DNA from: a bacterium
GTDB lineage: Bacteria; UBA8248
Assembly: GCA_965221165.1 (NCBI GenBank)
Contig: CBDCRP010000002.1
Coordinates: 224,001 to 288,000 of the forward strand
Reading direction: 5' to 3'
DNA: 64,000 nucleotides
Below, one piece after another: positions 21,284 to 30,150 of this stretch (position 1 is its first letter; each line of letters begins with the position of its first letter). The notes beneath the pieces are model-generated. The model saw nothing but the letters and a program-made list of their open reading frames with translations, was not told the origin of the DNA and searched no databases. The position numbers and the translations under genes were made by a program.

Positions 21284-22666
21284 GTGTCGAGCATCAACCC
21301 CCTGATCTTCAGGGAATATGACATCCGGGGCGTGGTGGGCAGCGACCTCACCACCGGGGTCGTCGAAACCATCGGAGGCGCTCTCGGCACGCACTTGGGC
21401 GGCGCGCAAGGGGCCGCCATCGCCATCGGGCGCGACAACCGCTTCTCCTCCCCCGATTTTTACGATGCGCTCCAAAAAGGCCTCACCGCCTCGGGCTGCC
21501 GCGTCATCGGAATCGGCATGGTGCCCACCCCGGTGGTTTCCTTCGCGACGCATCACTTCGACGTGGCGGGGGCGGTGCAGATCACGGGCTCCCACAACCC
21601 GCCGGAATTCAACGGCTTCAAGATCACCCGGGGACGCGAGGCGATTCACGGCGAGGAAATTCAAACGATACGAAAAATCATCGAAGAGGGCCGTATCCAC
21701 CGGGCAGATGCACGAGGGGCATTCAGTGAGGTCGACATCAGACCCCAATACATCGAGCGCGCCTCTCAGGATCTGGCGCTCTCGCGGCCCGTCAAGGTGG
21801 TCCTCGATGCGGGAAACGGCATAGGCGGCACGGTGGCGCCCCAGGTATTGAGAAACATCGGCGCCGAGGTGGTGGAGTTGTTCACCGAACCCGACGGCTC
21901 CTACCCGAACCACCACCCCGACCCCACGGTGCCCAAGAACCTAGAATCCCTGATAGCGAAGGTCCGCGAGACGGGCGCCGAGGTGGGAATCGGCCTGGAC
22001 GGCGACGGCGACCGCATCGGCGCGGTGGACGCCACTGGCAGAATCATCTGGGGAGACGAACTGCTCATTCTCCTCGCTGCGCCCATTCTGGCGCGCAGCC
22101 CGGGAGAGGCGGTCGTCTTCGACGTGAAGTGCTCATCGCGCCTGGCCGACGCCGTGAAGCGGATGGGCGGGCGTCCGGTGATGAGCGCGACGGGGCACTC
22201 CCTCGTGCGCGCCAAGATAGTGGAGGAGAAATCCCCGCTGGGCGGCGAACTTTCGGGCCACATCTTTTTCGTGGACGGTTATCTGGGCTATGACGACGCC
22301 ATCTACACTTCGGCGAGGCTCCTGCACCTTCTTTGCGACTCCGAGGGGGAAACGCTCGCCGAGCGCGTCTCGAAAATCCCCGCTTCGGTCTCCACGCCCG
22401 AGATCAGGGTCGCGTGTCCGGATGAGGAGAAATTCCAGATCGTCGAAAACCTAAAGAATCACTTTAAGAAACTATACGAAACCATCGAGGTCGACGGCGC
22501 GCGCATCAACTTCGATAAAGGCTGGGGCCTCATTCGGGCTTCGAACACGCAACCCGTCCTCGTTATGCGCTTCGAGGCGCTCGATGAAGCCTCCCTCAAG
22601 GCATACCGGCACGAAGTATACGAGGAGATAAAAAAATACCCCACCGTCTCCCTGCCAGATGCGTAA
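21284..22666 (+). CDS. Phosphomannomutase/phosphoglucomutase (AlgC-type)
   Basis: FREYDIRG, TGSHNP, DGDGDR and RASNTQP motifs; GTG start after AGGAG. Confidence 0.95.
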   Translation: MSSINPLIFREYDIRGVVGSDLTTGVVETIGGALGTHLGGAQGAAIAIGRDNRFSSPDFYDALQKGLTASGCRVIGIGMVPTPVVSFATHHFDVAGAVQITGSHNPPEFNGFKITRGREAIHGEEIQTIRKIIEEGRIHRADARGAFSEVDIRPQYIERASQDLALSRPVKVVLDAGNGIGGTVAPQVLRNIGAEVVELFTEPDGSYPNHHPDPTVPKNLESLIAKVRETGAEVGIGLDGDGDRIGAVDATGRIIWGDELLILLAAPILARSPGEAVVFDVKCSSRLADAVKRMGGRPVMSATGHSLVRAKIVEEKSPLGGELSGHIFFVDGYLGYDDAIYTSARLLHLLCDSEGETLAERVSKIPASVSTPEIRVACPDEEKFQIVENLKNHFKKLYETIEVDGARINFDKGWGLIRASNTQPVLVMRFEALDEASLKAYRHEVYEEIKKYPTVSLPDA

Positions 22667-23246
22667 ACTTCGCGCACTCTATGACTGGGTGCTGAACTGG
22701 GCGGATTCTCGCTACGGCCTGCCCGTCCTCATCGTCTTATCGACCACGGAATCCATCTTTTTCCCCATACCGCCCGATCCGCTTCTGATGGCCCTGGCGC
22801 TTTCCAGACCTCAAAAAGCGTATCTCTACGCCGCCGTCTGCTCGGCATCCTCCGTTGTGGGTGGGGCGCTGGGCTACTTAATCGGCTTCTATCTCTTACA
22901 GAGCATCGGCGAGCCCATCATCGCCTTCTACGGCGTTGCGGATAAATACCGACTCGTTCAGGAATACTACCGCGCCTATGACGCCTGGGCGGTGGGAATC
23001 GCCGGCTTCACGCCTATCCCCTATAAAGTGTTCACCATCTCGGCGGGCGCGTTCGAAATCAATTTTCTCGTTTTCCTCATCGCGTCGACCTTAAGCCGTT
23101 CGGCGCGCTTTTTCCTGGAAGCCGCGCTCATCCACCGCTTCGGACCGCCGATAAGAAGTTTCATCGATCGCTACTTTAATTTATTGACCATTCTCTTTAT
23201 CGTATTGCTTTTGGGCGGTTTTCTCCTGTTCAAAGGATTCTTCTAG
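22659..23246 (+). CDS. YqaA/DedA family membrane protein
   Basis: ESIFFPIPPD and GFTPIPYKVFTISAG motifs. Confidence 0.9.
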   Translation: MRKLRALYDWVLNWADSRYGLPVLIVLSTTESIFFPIPPDPLLMALALSRPQKAYLYAAVCSASSVVGGALGYLIGFYLLQSIGEPIIAFYGVADKYRLVQEYYRAYDAWAVGIAGFTPIPYKVFTISAGAFEINFLVFLIASTLSRSARFFLEAALIHRFGPPIRSFIDRYFNLLTILFIVLLLGGFLLFKGFF

Positions 23247-24361
23247 TGGCCCGACGGAATGCGCCCCCCCTTTGGGCGGTCATCATGGCGGGAGGCTCTG
23301 GAACGCGCTTCTGGCCCGTGAGCAGAAAAGCGAAGCCCAAGCAATTTCTGCCCCCGGGCGGGGGGATTCCTCAGAAAAACGCCGGCCCATCGCTGCTCGA
23401 ACTCACGCTCAGGCGCGCGCGCGGCCTCGCACCTCCCGAGCGCACGCTCATCATGGCTTCGGCGGCGCACAGGAAATTTTTCAGAAACCTCGATATCCCC
23501 AAGCGCAACATCGTCTATGAGCCCGAGGCGCGAAACACCGCTCCCTGTCTCGGCCTGGCGGCCCGCCTCATCGAATCGAGAGAACCCGGCGCGGCGATGT
23601 GCGCCCTGCCCGCAGACCAGTTCATCGGTGAGACGAGAGCGTTTCGAAAACTCATCAAGGCGGGCGCTGCGCTGGCGAGTGAGCATGGGGCCATCGTCTC
23701 ACTCGGGGTGACGCCGCACTCCCCCGAGACCGGCTTCGGCTACATCGAGCGCGGCCGCCGCATCACGGGCGCGAAAGAGATCGAGGCTTTTCGCGCCAAG
23801 AATTTTTGGGAAAAGCCCCCGCTCGCACGGGCCACGCAGTATGCGGCCTCCGGGAAACACTACTGGAACAGCGGTATTTTCATCTCCCGGGCCGCCCGCC
23901 TGATCGATGAACTCGAGGCCCACCTGCCCCGCCTGAGCGCTATTTTAAGCCGGGCGGCATCCGCATTTGATAAGCGCGACGCCGCTTCTTTCGAGAAATT
24001 CTGGGTGAAGTGCGAATCCATCAGCATCGATCACGCGGTGATGGAGAAAACGCGCAATCTCATCGTCTTGCCGGCCGAGGTAGGCTGGAGCGATCTGGGC
24101 TCCTGGCCCGCCATCCGGGGCGTTTTGCCGCGCGATGAGGCCGGCAACCTCTGGATGCTGCCCCAGGGAGGCAAAACCAAATCCATTGACGCCCGAAACC
24201 TCATCGTCCGCTCAAACAAGAAATTCGTCGCCGCCATCGGGGTCGAGAATCTCATTCTCATCGAGACGGACGATGCGCTCCTCGTCTGCTCGATTACGGA
24301 TGCGCAGAAAATCGGCGAGATGATCAAGAATCTCGACCAGGAGAATACCAAATTTCTATGA
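23246..24361 (+). CDS. manC: Mannose-1-phosphate guanylyltransferase (monofunctional)
   Basis: MAGGSGTRFWPVSR, RNTAP, WNSGIF and WSDLGSW motifs; no C-terminal PMI cupin. Confidence 0.93.
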   Translation: MARRNAPPLWAVIMAGGSGTRFWPVSRKAKPKQFLPPGGGIPQKNAGPSLLELTLRRARGLAPPERTLIMASAAHRKFFRNLDIPKRNIVYEPEARNTAPCLGLAARLIESREPGAAMCALPADQFIGETRAFRKLIKAGAALASEHGAIVSLGVTPHSPETGFGYIERGRRITGAKEIEAFRAKNFWEKPPLARATQYAASGKHYWNSGIFISRAARLIDELEAHLPRLSAILSRAASAFDKRDAASFEKFWVKCESISIDHAVMEKTRNLIVLPAEVGWSDLGSWPAIRGVLPRDEAGNLWMLPQGGKTKSIDARNLIVRSNKKFVAAIGVENLILIETDDALLVCSITDAQKIGEMIKNLDQENTKFL

Positions 24362-24377
24362 ACCGCTCGCAGGATAC

Positions 24378-25190
24378 GTGAACATGCTCTGGGAACACGC
24401 CCTCATTCTCGGTATCGTGCAAGGCCTCACCGAATTTCTGCCCGTGAGCAGCTCGGGCCATCTCGTTTTAGGACAAAGCATTCTCGGGCTGAAAGAACCA
24501 GAGTTGCTCTTCGACATACTGCTCCACGTCGGCACGCTCGCCGCCGTATTGATTTTTTACGGAAAGGATTTGTGGCGCATCGGGCGGGGCTGGTGCGCGT
24601 CCCTGGCGGGCAAAGACCAGGGCGACGGCGCATCCAGAACGGGCTGGCTCTTGATTCTCGGCTCCGTGCCTGCGGGAATCGTGGGCGTTTTTCTGGGTGA
24701 TCTGGTCGTGCAAATGTTCGCCTCGCCCAAACTCGCCGCCTGCGCGCTGCTCGTAACCGGCGGAATTTTGTATTTCAGCAAGCCCGGACAAGACGCGGGC
24801 CGGGGAGAGGCGCAAATGACGGCCAAAGACGCGCTTTTCATCGGCGTTTTCCAGGCATTCGCCATCGTTCCGGGAATCTCCCGCTCGGGCGCGACCATCG
24901 CCGCGGCCCTCATGCGCGGGGTGGCGCGCGAACAAGCCGCGCGCTTCAGTTTTCTGCTCTCAGTACCCGCGATTTCAGGCGCATTTCTGCTCAAGATAAA
25001 AGATTTAGAAGGTCCTCTAGGTGCTAAGCTGCTCCCCTACGCCGTCGGCGCGGTCGCCTCGGCGGTCGTGGGAGCCGTCGCCCTGGGCTGGCTCATCCGG
25101 ATCGTCCGAGGCGGCAACCTGGCGCGCTTCCGCTTCTATTGCTGGGGCGCGGGCGCACTCTCCCTCGTCTATCTGTTCACAACGGGCTAG
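24378..25190 (+). CDS. uppP: Undecaprenyl-diphosphate phosphatase
   Basis: QGLTEFLPVSSSGH and PGISRSG motifs. Confidence 0.97.
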   Translation: MNMLWEHALILGIVQGLTEFLPVSSSGHLVLGQSILGLKEPELLFDILLHVGTLAAVLIFYGKDLWRIGRGWCASLAGKDQGDGASRTGWLLILGSVPAGIVGVFLGDLVVQMFASPKLAACALLVTGGILYFSKPGQDAGRGEAQMTAKDALFIGVFQAFAIVPGISRSGATIAAALMRGVAREQAARFSFLLSVPAISGAFLLKIKDLEGPLGAKLLPYAVGAVASAVVGAVALGWLIRIVRGGNLARFRFYCWGAGALSLVYLFTTG

Positions 25191-25202
25191 CGGGTGATTC
25201 GC

Positions 25203-25817
25203 CTAGTGCATGGGCGAGAAGGAAGCGGGCACCCATATCTCCGAATTCTGCGTATCGAGGAACGGACGCGAACCCGGAGGCCAGTTCGGCAGTTCCTGCG
25301 CTTTTTGGCGGATCTCGGCGCGATGGTTCATGTCGTCATACGCCCAGACGTGAATCCACTGGTTCAGGGGCCCCATGTCGGTCATGAAGAGCGCCGCCAG
25401 CGGGGAGAGCTCTTCTCTCGCCGCGATGTGCTCGGTCCAGCGGCTCAAGACCTCGCCCGTCTTGCCGGGTTGCACGGTGTAGGTTCTGAACTCATATACG
25501 CCGCCATACGCTCCCAGGCGCGGTTCGGGCCGAAACGGAGGAGCCGTGAGAACCGCGCTCTCCTGTTCGAGAATGAGATGCCCGTTGGGCGGCGGCCACC
25601 AGTCCATCGATACCGTCTTCGCCCGCACTTCGGCGCGGTGATCCAGACTCTCATACTGCCAGATGTGCCTGACGCGGTTCAGGTCTCCGACCTCGGTATG
25701 GAAAAATCCCATGATCGGAGAAAGTTCGTTTCTCTTGTCGATGACTTTTGAAAAATTCTCCTCGAACTCGGCCACGCCGCCGACGGTCAGCCTATAAGTG
25801 CGCATCTCGTATATCAT
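25203..25817 (-). CDS. Tandem two-domain NIPSNAP family protein
   Basis: YExRTY...G.LN...H.W.Y..xxHRAE.R pattern occurs twice; AGGAG SD. Confidence 0.88.
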   Translation of the reverse strand: MIYEMRTYRLTVGGVAEFEENFSKVIDKRNELSPIMGFFHTEVGDLNRVRHIWQYESLDHRAEVRAKTVSMDWWPPPNGHLILEQESAVLTAPPFRPEPRLGAYGGVYEFRTYTVQPGKTGEVLSRWTEHIAAREELSPLAALFMTDMGPLNQWIHVWAYDDMNHRAEIRQKAQELPNWPPGSRPFLDTQNSEIWVPASFSPMH

Positions 25818-26017
25818 GGAAAATCTCCTCCCGGATGGCTTCAGAAAAAGGGTTTATCCGAAGTGTAGGGCCTGACGGCCCGGCGGGCAAGGACGACAGG
25901 CCCTTTTTCGCTCCGAATCGTTCGCGCAAGCGCGAGTGGCGAAACCTCTCTATTCGGGGTTGTTGAATAAGTCCCCAAAAAAAATGGATTTCTCAATCGA
26001 CATACGCTTATGAAATG

Positions 26018-26177
26018 ACTCCCCCCTTGAGGGTTGAGACCGACATTCGAGGGAGAAAAACCACTCCCCCCTTGAGGGTCATTTCCGACCGGGGAGGGAG
26101 GGAATGTAGCAGAAGCCGAGCGGTTTGTGCGAAGGCTGATGCGTGGGGGGTGAATTCCGACTGAAGAAGGAGGAATT
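26018..26177. repeat. CTCCCCCCTTGAGGG-family palindromic repeat module
   Basis: ACTCCCCCCTTGAGGGT occurs at 26018 and 26063; the tail GGTGAATTCCGACTGAAGA.GGAGGAATT is shared (inverted) with 42869-42960. Confidence 0.8.
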
Positions 26178-26354
26178 GACCACCGCCGTCATTCCGGCGA
26201 AAGCCGGAATCCAGTGCCGATCGGAATGACAATAACTCCGGCTTTTCATCTCCCCGTCATTGGCGGGAATCAATCAGAAAATAAAAAACAAAGGCAAAAC
26301 ACATGGATTCCGCAGCCCCTCCTTCCTCAGTCGGGACTGACGCCGGAATGACGA
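26173..26354. repeat. CGTC-type REP doublet, copy 1
   Basis: GTCATTCCGGCGAAAGCCGGAATCCA ... TGGATTCCG(insert)CGCCGGAATGACG; near-identical inverted copy at 42620-42776. Confidence 0.9.
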
Positions 26355-26396
26355 ACAAAGCCGCAGCACCTCGTAAGGACGACAGGTCGCGACCTT

Positions 26397-26423
26397 GGAC
26401 AGGCACAGGGGCCTGTCCGCTAC
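26397..26423 (-). repeat. GTAG-type REP palindrome
   Basis: Minus strand GTAGCGGACAGGCCCCTGTGCCTGTCC; related copy at 42432-42457. Confidence 0.65.
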
Positions 26424-26510
26424 GGACCCCCCTCTCCGGTTGGTTCCATTCTCCAAATAAAGAAATCCGTATTTTTCAACAAACCCGAACGCGCGAGCGG
26501 CGAATCCTCC

Positions 26511-27215
26511 CTATTCGCCCAGATAGGCTTCGCGAACGGCAGGCGAATCGCGCAAGACGTCCGGCTCATCGCCCATGACGATTCGCCCCGTCTCCATCAC
26601 ATACGCCCAATCCGAGAAATTGAGCGCGAGGTGCGCGTTTTGCTCGACTAGAAAAATGCCCGTTCCCTCATCGCGAATTCGCGTCAGTACCTCGAAGATG
26701 GTCTCGATGATCCTGGGCGCAAGGCCGAGGGAGGGTTCATCGAGCAGGAGGAGGCTGGGCCGCGACATCAAGGCGCGGGCGATGGCCAGCATCTGCTGCT
26801 CTCCGCCGGAGAGCGTGCCGCCCCTCTGCGCGCGCCGCTCGTGCAGAACGGGAAACAGGGAGCAGACGTAATCGAGGTCTTCTTTCACGCCGCCTGGGTC
26901 GTTCCTCAGAAAAGCGCCCATCTCCAGATTTTCGAGCACGGTCAAGTGCGGGAAGATGCGCCTGCCCTCGGGCACCTGACAAATGCCGCGCCTCACGATG
27001 TCGTCCGGCTCCCGGGCGTGAATGGCTTCGCCCTCGAGTAGTATCTCGCCCCCGGATATGGCGTTGACGCCGCAGATCGCCATGAGGGTGGAGGATTTTC
27101 CCGCCCCGTTGCTGCCGATGAGACAGACGACCTGCCCCGGGCGCACTTCCAACGACACGCCCTGGAGCGCGTGGATGTGGCCGTAGTAGAAATGAATATC
27201 TCTCAACTCAAGCAT
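26511..27215 (-). CDS. livF: Branched-chain amino acid ABC transporter ATP-binding protein
   Basis: GSNGAGKS, VPEGRRIF, LSGGEQQMLA and DEPSLGLAP motifs; start moved to ATG at 27215. Confidence 0.95.
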   Translation of the reverse strand: MLELRDIHFYYGHIHALQGVSLEVRPGQVVCLIGSNGAGKSSTLMAICGVNAISGGEILLEGEAIHAREPDDIVRRGICQVPEGRRIFPHLTVLENLEMGAFLRNDPGGVKEDLDYVCSLFPVLHERRAQRGGTLSGGEQQMLAIARALMSRPSLLLLDEPSLGLAPRIIETIFEVLTRIRDEGTGIFLVEQNAHLALNFSDWAYVMETGRIVMGDEPDVLRDSPAVREAYLGE

Positions 27216-27984
27216 TGGAAGTCCCCAGATAGGCTTCCAGCACCTTGGGGTCGCGCCGCACCTGGGCGGGGGTTCCGTCCGCAATCTTCTCCCCGTGGTC
27301 CAGCACCACCACGCGGTCCGATATGCCCATGACCACCTTCATGTCGTGTTCGATCAGCAAAATGGTGACGCCGCGCTCGCGAATCGCCAGTATCAATTCG
27401 TTCAGCACGCCCTTCTCCCGCGGGTTCATGCCCGCGGCGGGCTCATCGAGCAGCAAGAGGCTGGGCTCGCTCGCCAGGGCGCGGGCAATCTCGAGCCTTC
27501 TCTGATCCCCGTAGGAAAGCGCCTCCGCCATGCCCGAGGCGTAGGCGTCGATGCCCGTGAACTTGAGCAGTTCCATGGATTCGGCGGCCGCCTGACGCTC
27601 TTCGGCCACCATTCCGGGGAGCCTAAAAATCGCGCCGACCGGCCCCGTGCGCATCTTGCAGTGCCGCCCGACCAGGACGTTTTCCAGCACCGTCATCCCC
27701 CGGAAGAGGCGAATGTTCTGAAACGTGCGCGCGATGCCCCGGCTCGTGACGGCGCTGGGCTTGAGCCCCACGAGGTTTTTCCCCTTGAACACGACGTCGC
27801 CTTCGGTGGGCGCGTACAAGCCGGTGACCACGTTGAAGGCCGTCGTCTTGCCCGCGCCGTTCGGGCCGATGAGGCCGAGCACCTCGCCCTCGAACACTAT
27901 CAGGTCCAGAGAATCCAGGGCCACCACGCCGCCGAAGCGCCGCGTGAGCTTCTTCAACAGCAAAAGACGCACTTTTGCGTTCAT
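27208..27984 (-). CDS. livG: Branched-chain amino acid ABC transporter ATP-binding protein
   Basis: GPNGAGKT, ARTFQNIRLF, LSYGDQRRLEIARA and DEPAAG motifs. Confidence 0.95.
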   Translation of the reverse strand: MNAKVRLLLLKKLTRRFGGVVALDSLDLIVFEGEVLGLIGPNGAGKTTAFNVVTGLYAPTEGDVVFKGKNLVGLKPSAVTSRGIARTFQNIRLFRGMTVLENVLVGRHCKMRTGPVGAIFRLPGMVAEERQAAAESMELLKFTGIDAYASGMAEALSYGDQRRLEIARALASEPSLLLLDEPAAGMNPREKGVLNELILAIRERGVTILLIEHDMKVVMGISDRVVVLDHGEKIADGTPAQVRRDPKVLEAYLGTSNA

Positions 27985-29162
27985 TTTTCCGCCCCCGCCT
28001 CGCCTTGAGGTTCATCGACCTCGAGATGATGGCGCTGTCTCTTGGCCTGCAGCAGTCCCTGGGGTCTCAGCACCATCATCAGCACCATGGCGCTGCCCAG
28101 AAGCATGGGCCGGAAAAGGGTCAATTCCCGCAGCGCCTCGGGCAGCACGGTGAGGATCAGCGCGCCGAGCATCACGCCCGGAATGCTCGCCATGCCGCCC
28201 AGCACCACCATGCACAAGATGATGACGGATTCAAAAAACGTAAAACTCTCCGGTGAGATGAAAGTCTGCTTCGAGGCGAAGACGACGCCTCCGAATCCCG
28301 CCCAGGCCGCTCCGAAAGCAAAGGCGGAGAGCTTCGTGTAGACGATGTTGATGCCCGTGCACTCGGCCACCGTCTCGTCCTCGCGCATGGCCGCCCAGGC
28401 GCGGCCCAGACGGCTCTTGTCGAGCCGGTTCACGATGAAGATGGTGACGATACATAAAGCCACGACGAGGTAGTAGAAGTGCATGGGCTTGTACAGGCGC
28501 ATCTCGCCCAGGTAGGGTCGCCCGATGCCCAGGATGCCGTTCGGGCCTTGCGTCACGTTGTCCCAGTTGTTCAGAACCAGACGGATGATCTCGCCGAAGC
28601 CGAGCGTGACGATGGCGAGGTAATCACCCCGGAGCCTCAGGACGGGAATTCCCAGAATGATCCCGAACAACGCGGAGCAGGCCACGCCTACCCCTAAGGC
28701 CGGCCAGAAGGAAAGCCCGTACCAACTGTTCAAAAGAGCGTAGGAATAAGCCCCCACGGCGTAGAAGGCCACATAGCCCAAGTCCAGGAGACCGGCGAAG
28801 CCGACCACCACGTTCAACCCCAGGGCGAGCATGACATAGATGCCGGTGATGACGAGCACGTCGGTGGAGTAGCGATCGAGCGTCCAGGGCAACGCGATGA
28901 TGAGGAGCAGAAAGAGGCTCCAGTAGCGCTTGTCGTAGGATTTCTCCTCGATGAACCCCCAGGCGGACGCGCAACTGTTCTTGATGCGTTGCGCCGGGCC
29001 CGCCAGCGAGCCGGACTGCACGCTCGCCCGCGTCAAATTCACCACCAGAACGACTACGGCGCAGCCCAAGCCTATCCAGAGGCTGTTCTTCCACCCCGCG
29101 AGAGGCAGCGCCAAAAAGGCGAACCACAGACCTATCAGAGGGACTCTCGCGTATGCGCTCAT
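27981..29162 (-). CDS. livM: Branched-chain amino acid ABC transporter permease
   Basis: GLLDLGYVAFY and RLRGDYLAIVTLGFGEI motifs. Confidence 0.95.
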   Translation of the reverse strand: MSAYARVPLIGLWFAFLALPLAGWKNSLWIGLGCAVVVLVVNLTRASVQSGSLAGPAQRIKNSCASAWGFIEEKSYDKRYWSLFLLLIIALPWTLDRYSTDVLVITGIYVMLALGLNVVVGFAGLLDLGYVAFYAVGAYSYALLNSWYGLSFWPALGVGVACSALFGIILGIPVLRLRGDYLAIVTLGFGEIIRLVLNNWDNVTQGPNGILGIGRPYLGEMRLYKPMHFYYLVVALCIVTIFIVNRLDKSRLGRAWAAMREDETVAECTGINIVYTKLSAFAFGAAWAGFGGVVFASKQTFISPESFTFFESVIILCMVVLGGMASIPGVMLGALILTVLPEALRELTLFRPMLLGSAMVLMMVLRPQGLLQAKRQRHHLEVDEPQGEAGAEK

Positions 29163-30064
29163 GTTCTGTCCGCTCCGCCAGAGCCGCCCAGGATTCCCTC
29201 GGGCCGGAAGATGAGAACGACGACCAGCACCATGAACGCGAAGACGTCCTTATAGACCGCGGAGACGTATCCCGCCCAGAAACTCTCCAGAAGCGCCAGC
29301 AGAAAGCCGCCCAGGAACGCACCCGTGACGTTGCCGATGCCTCCCAGCACGGCGGCGGTGAACGCCTTCATGCCCGCCACGAAGCCGATGTGGTGGTTCA
29401 CTATGCCGTAGTACATCCCCACCATCACGCCGGCCACGGCGGCCAGCACGGAGCCGATGGCGAACGTCACCGCGATCACCCGGTTCACGTTCACCCCGAC
29501 GAGCGAGGCCATCGTCCTGTCCTGTGCGGTGGCGCGCATGGCCTTGCCGAGCTTCGTCTTCTTGATGAACAACTGGAGAGCGGCCATGAGGCCCAGGGCG
29601 AGAATGAGAATGAAAATCTGAAGTCCGTTCACGTAAGCGCCGAGGAGCTGAAAACTCCCCAGTTCCAGCAGATTGGGGAACGCCTTGTCGCGCGCTCCCT
29701 GGACGACCTGCACGTAGTTCTGCAAAAAGAGGCTCATGCCTATTGCGCTGATGAGGGGCGAGAGCCTCGGCGCGTTGCGCAGCGGGCGGTAGGCCACGCG
29801 CTCGAGCGTGATTCCGTATGCGGCGCAATAGATCATCGGGATGAGGAAGACGAGGACAATGCTCAGCGCCAGGCTCGTCTGCGTGAGGCCCATGCTCCCC
29901 AGCACCGCCAGGACGGCGATGCCCACGTACGCGCCTATCATGTAGATTTCGCCGTGGGCGAAATTGATGAGCTGCAGAATCCCGTAGACGAGCGTGTAGC
30001 CCAGGGCGATCAGGGCGTATACGGCGCCCACGACGAGTCCATTCACCAACTGTTGCGCAAACAT
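29159..30064 (-). CDS. livH: Branched-chain amino acid ABC transporter permease
   Basis: INFAHGE and KAFTAAVLGGIG motifs. Confidence 0.95.
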   Translation of the reverse strand: MFAQQLVNGLVVGAVYALIALGYTLVYGILQLINFAHGEIYMIGAYVGIAVLAVLGSMGLTQTSLALSIVLVFLIPMIYCAAYGITLERVAYRPLRNAPRLSPLISAIGMSLFLQNYVQVVQGARDKAFPNLLELGSFQLLGAYVNGLQIFILILALGLMAALQLFIKKTKLGKAMRATAQDRTMASLVGVNVNRVIAVTFAIGSVLAAVAGVMVGMYYGIVNHHIGFVAGMKAFTAAVLGGIGNVTGAFLGGFLLALLESFWAGYVSAVYKDVFAFMVLVVVLIFRPEGILGGSGGADRT

Positions 30065-30091
30065 AGAGAAATCTTCAAATAGTGATGAGAC

Positions 30092-30122
30092 AAAAAAAGA
30101 AGGGGAGGCTCTCGCCTCCCCT
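30092..30122 (-). terminator. Intrinsic terminator/stabilising hairpin after the substrate-binding gene
   Basis: Minus strand AGGGGAGGC-GAGA-GCCTCCCCT followed by TCTTTTTTT. Confidence 0.8.
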
Positions 30123-30150
30123 CTCGTGATTCAGCATGGCAACCCTTGCC

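Larger units (their letters stand above)
25953..26489. mobile_element. Putative non-autonomous MITE-like element with nested REP modules
   Basis: Imperfect 18-bp terminal inverted repeats TTCGGGGTTGTTGAATAA (25953-25970) and TTTTTCAACAAACCCGAA (26472-26489), 16/18 match; no credible ORF inside. Confidence 0.55.

Noticed and set aside
26018-26079. CRISPR array from two 17-bp direct repeats
   Set aside because: Only two short repeats, they belong to a palindromic repeat family, and there are no cas genes.
25889-26386. 12-bp direct repeat AAGGACGACAGG at 25889 and 26375 as a target-site duplication
   Set aside because: The copies do not flank the TIRs; one lies inside the element.
26008-26578. 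Small ORFs within the repeat clusters (also 42480-43133)
   Set aside because: They are translations of the REP palindromes (e.g. DSGFRRND, HSGESRNP).
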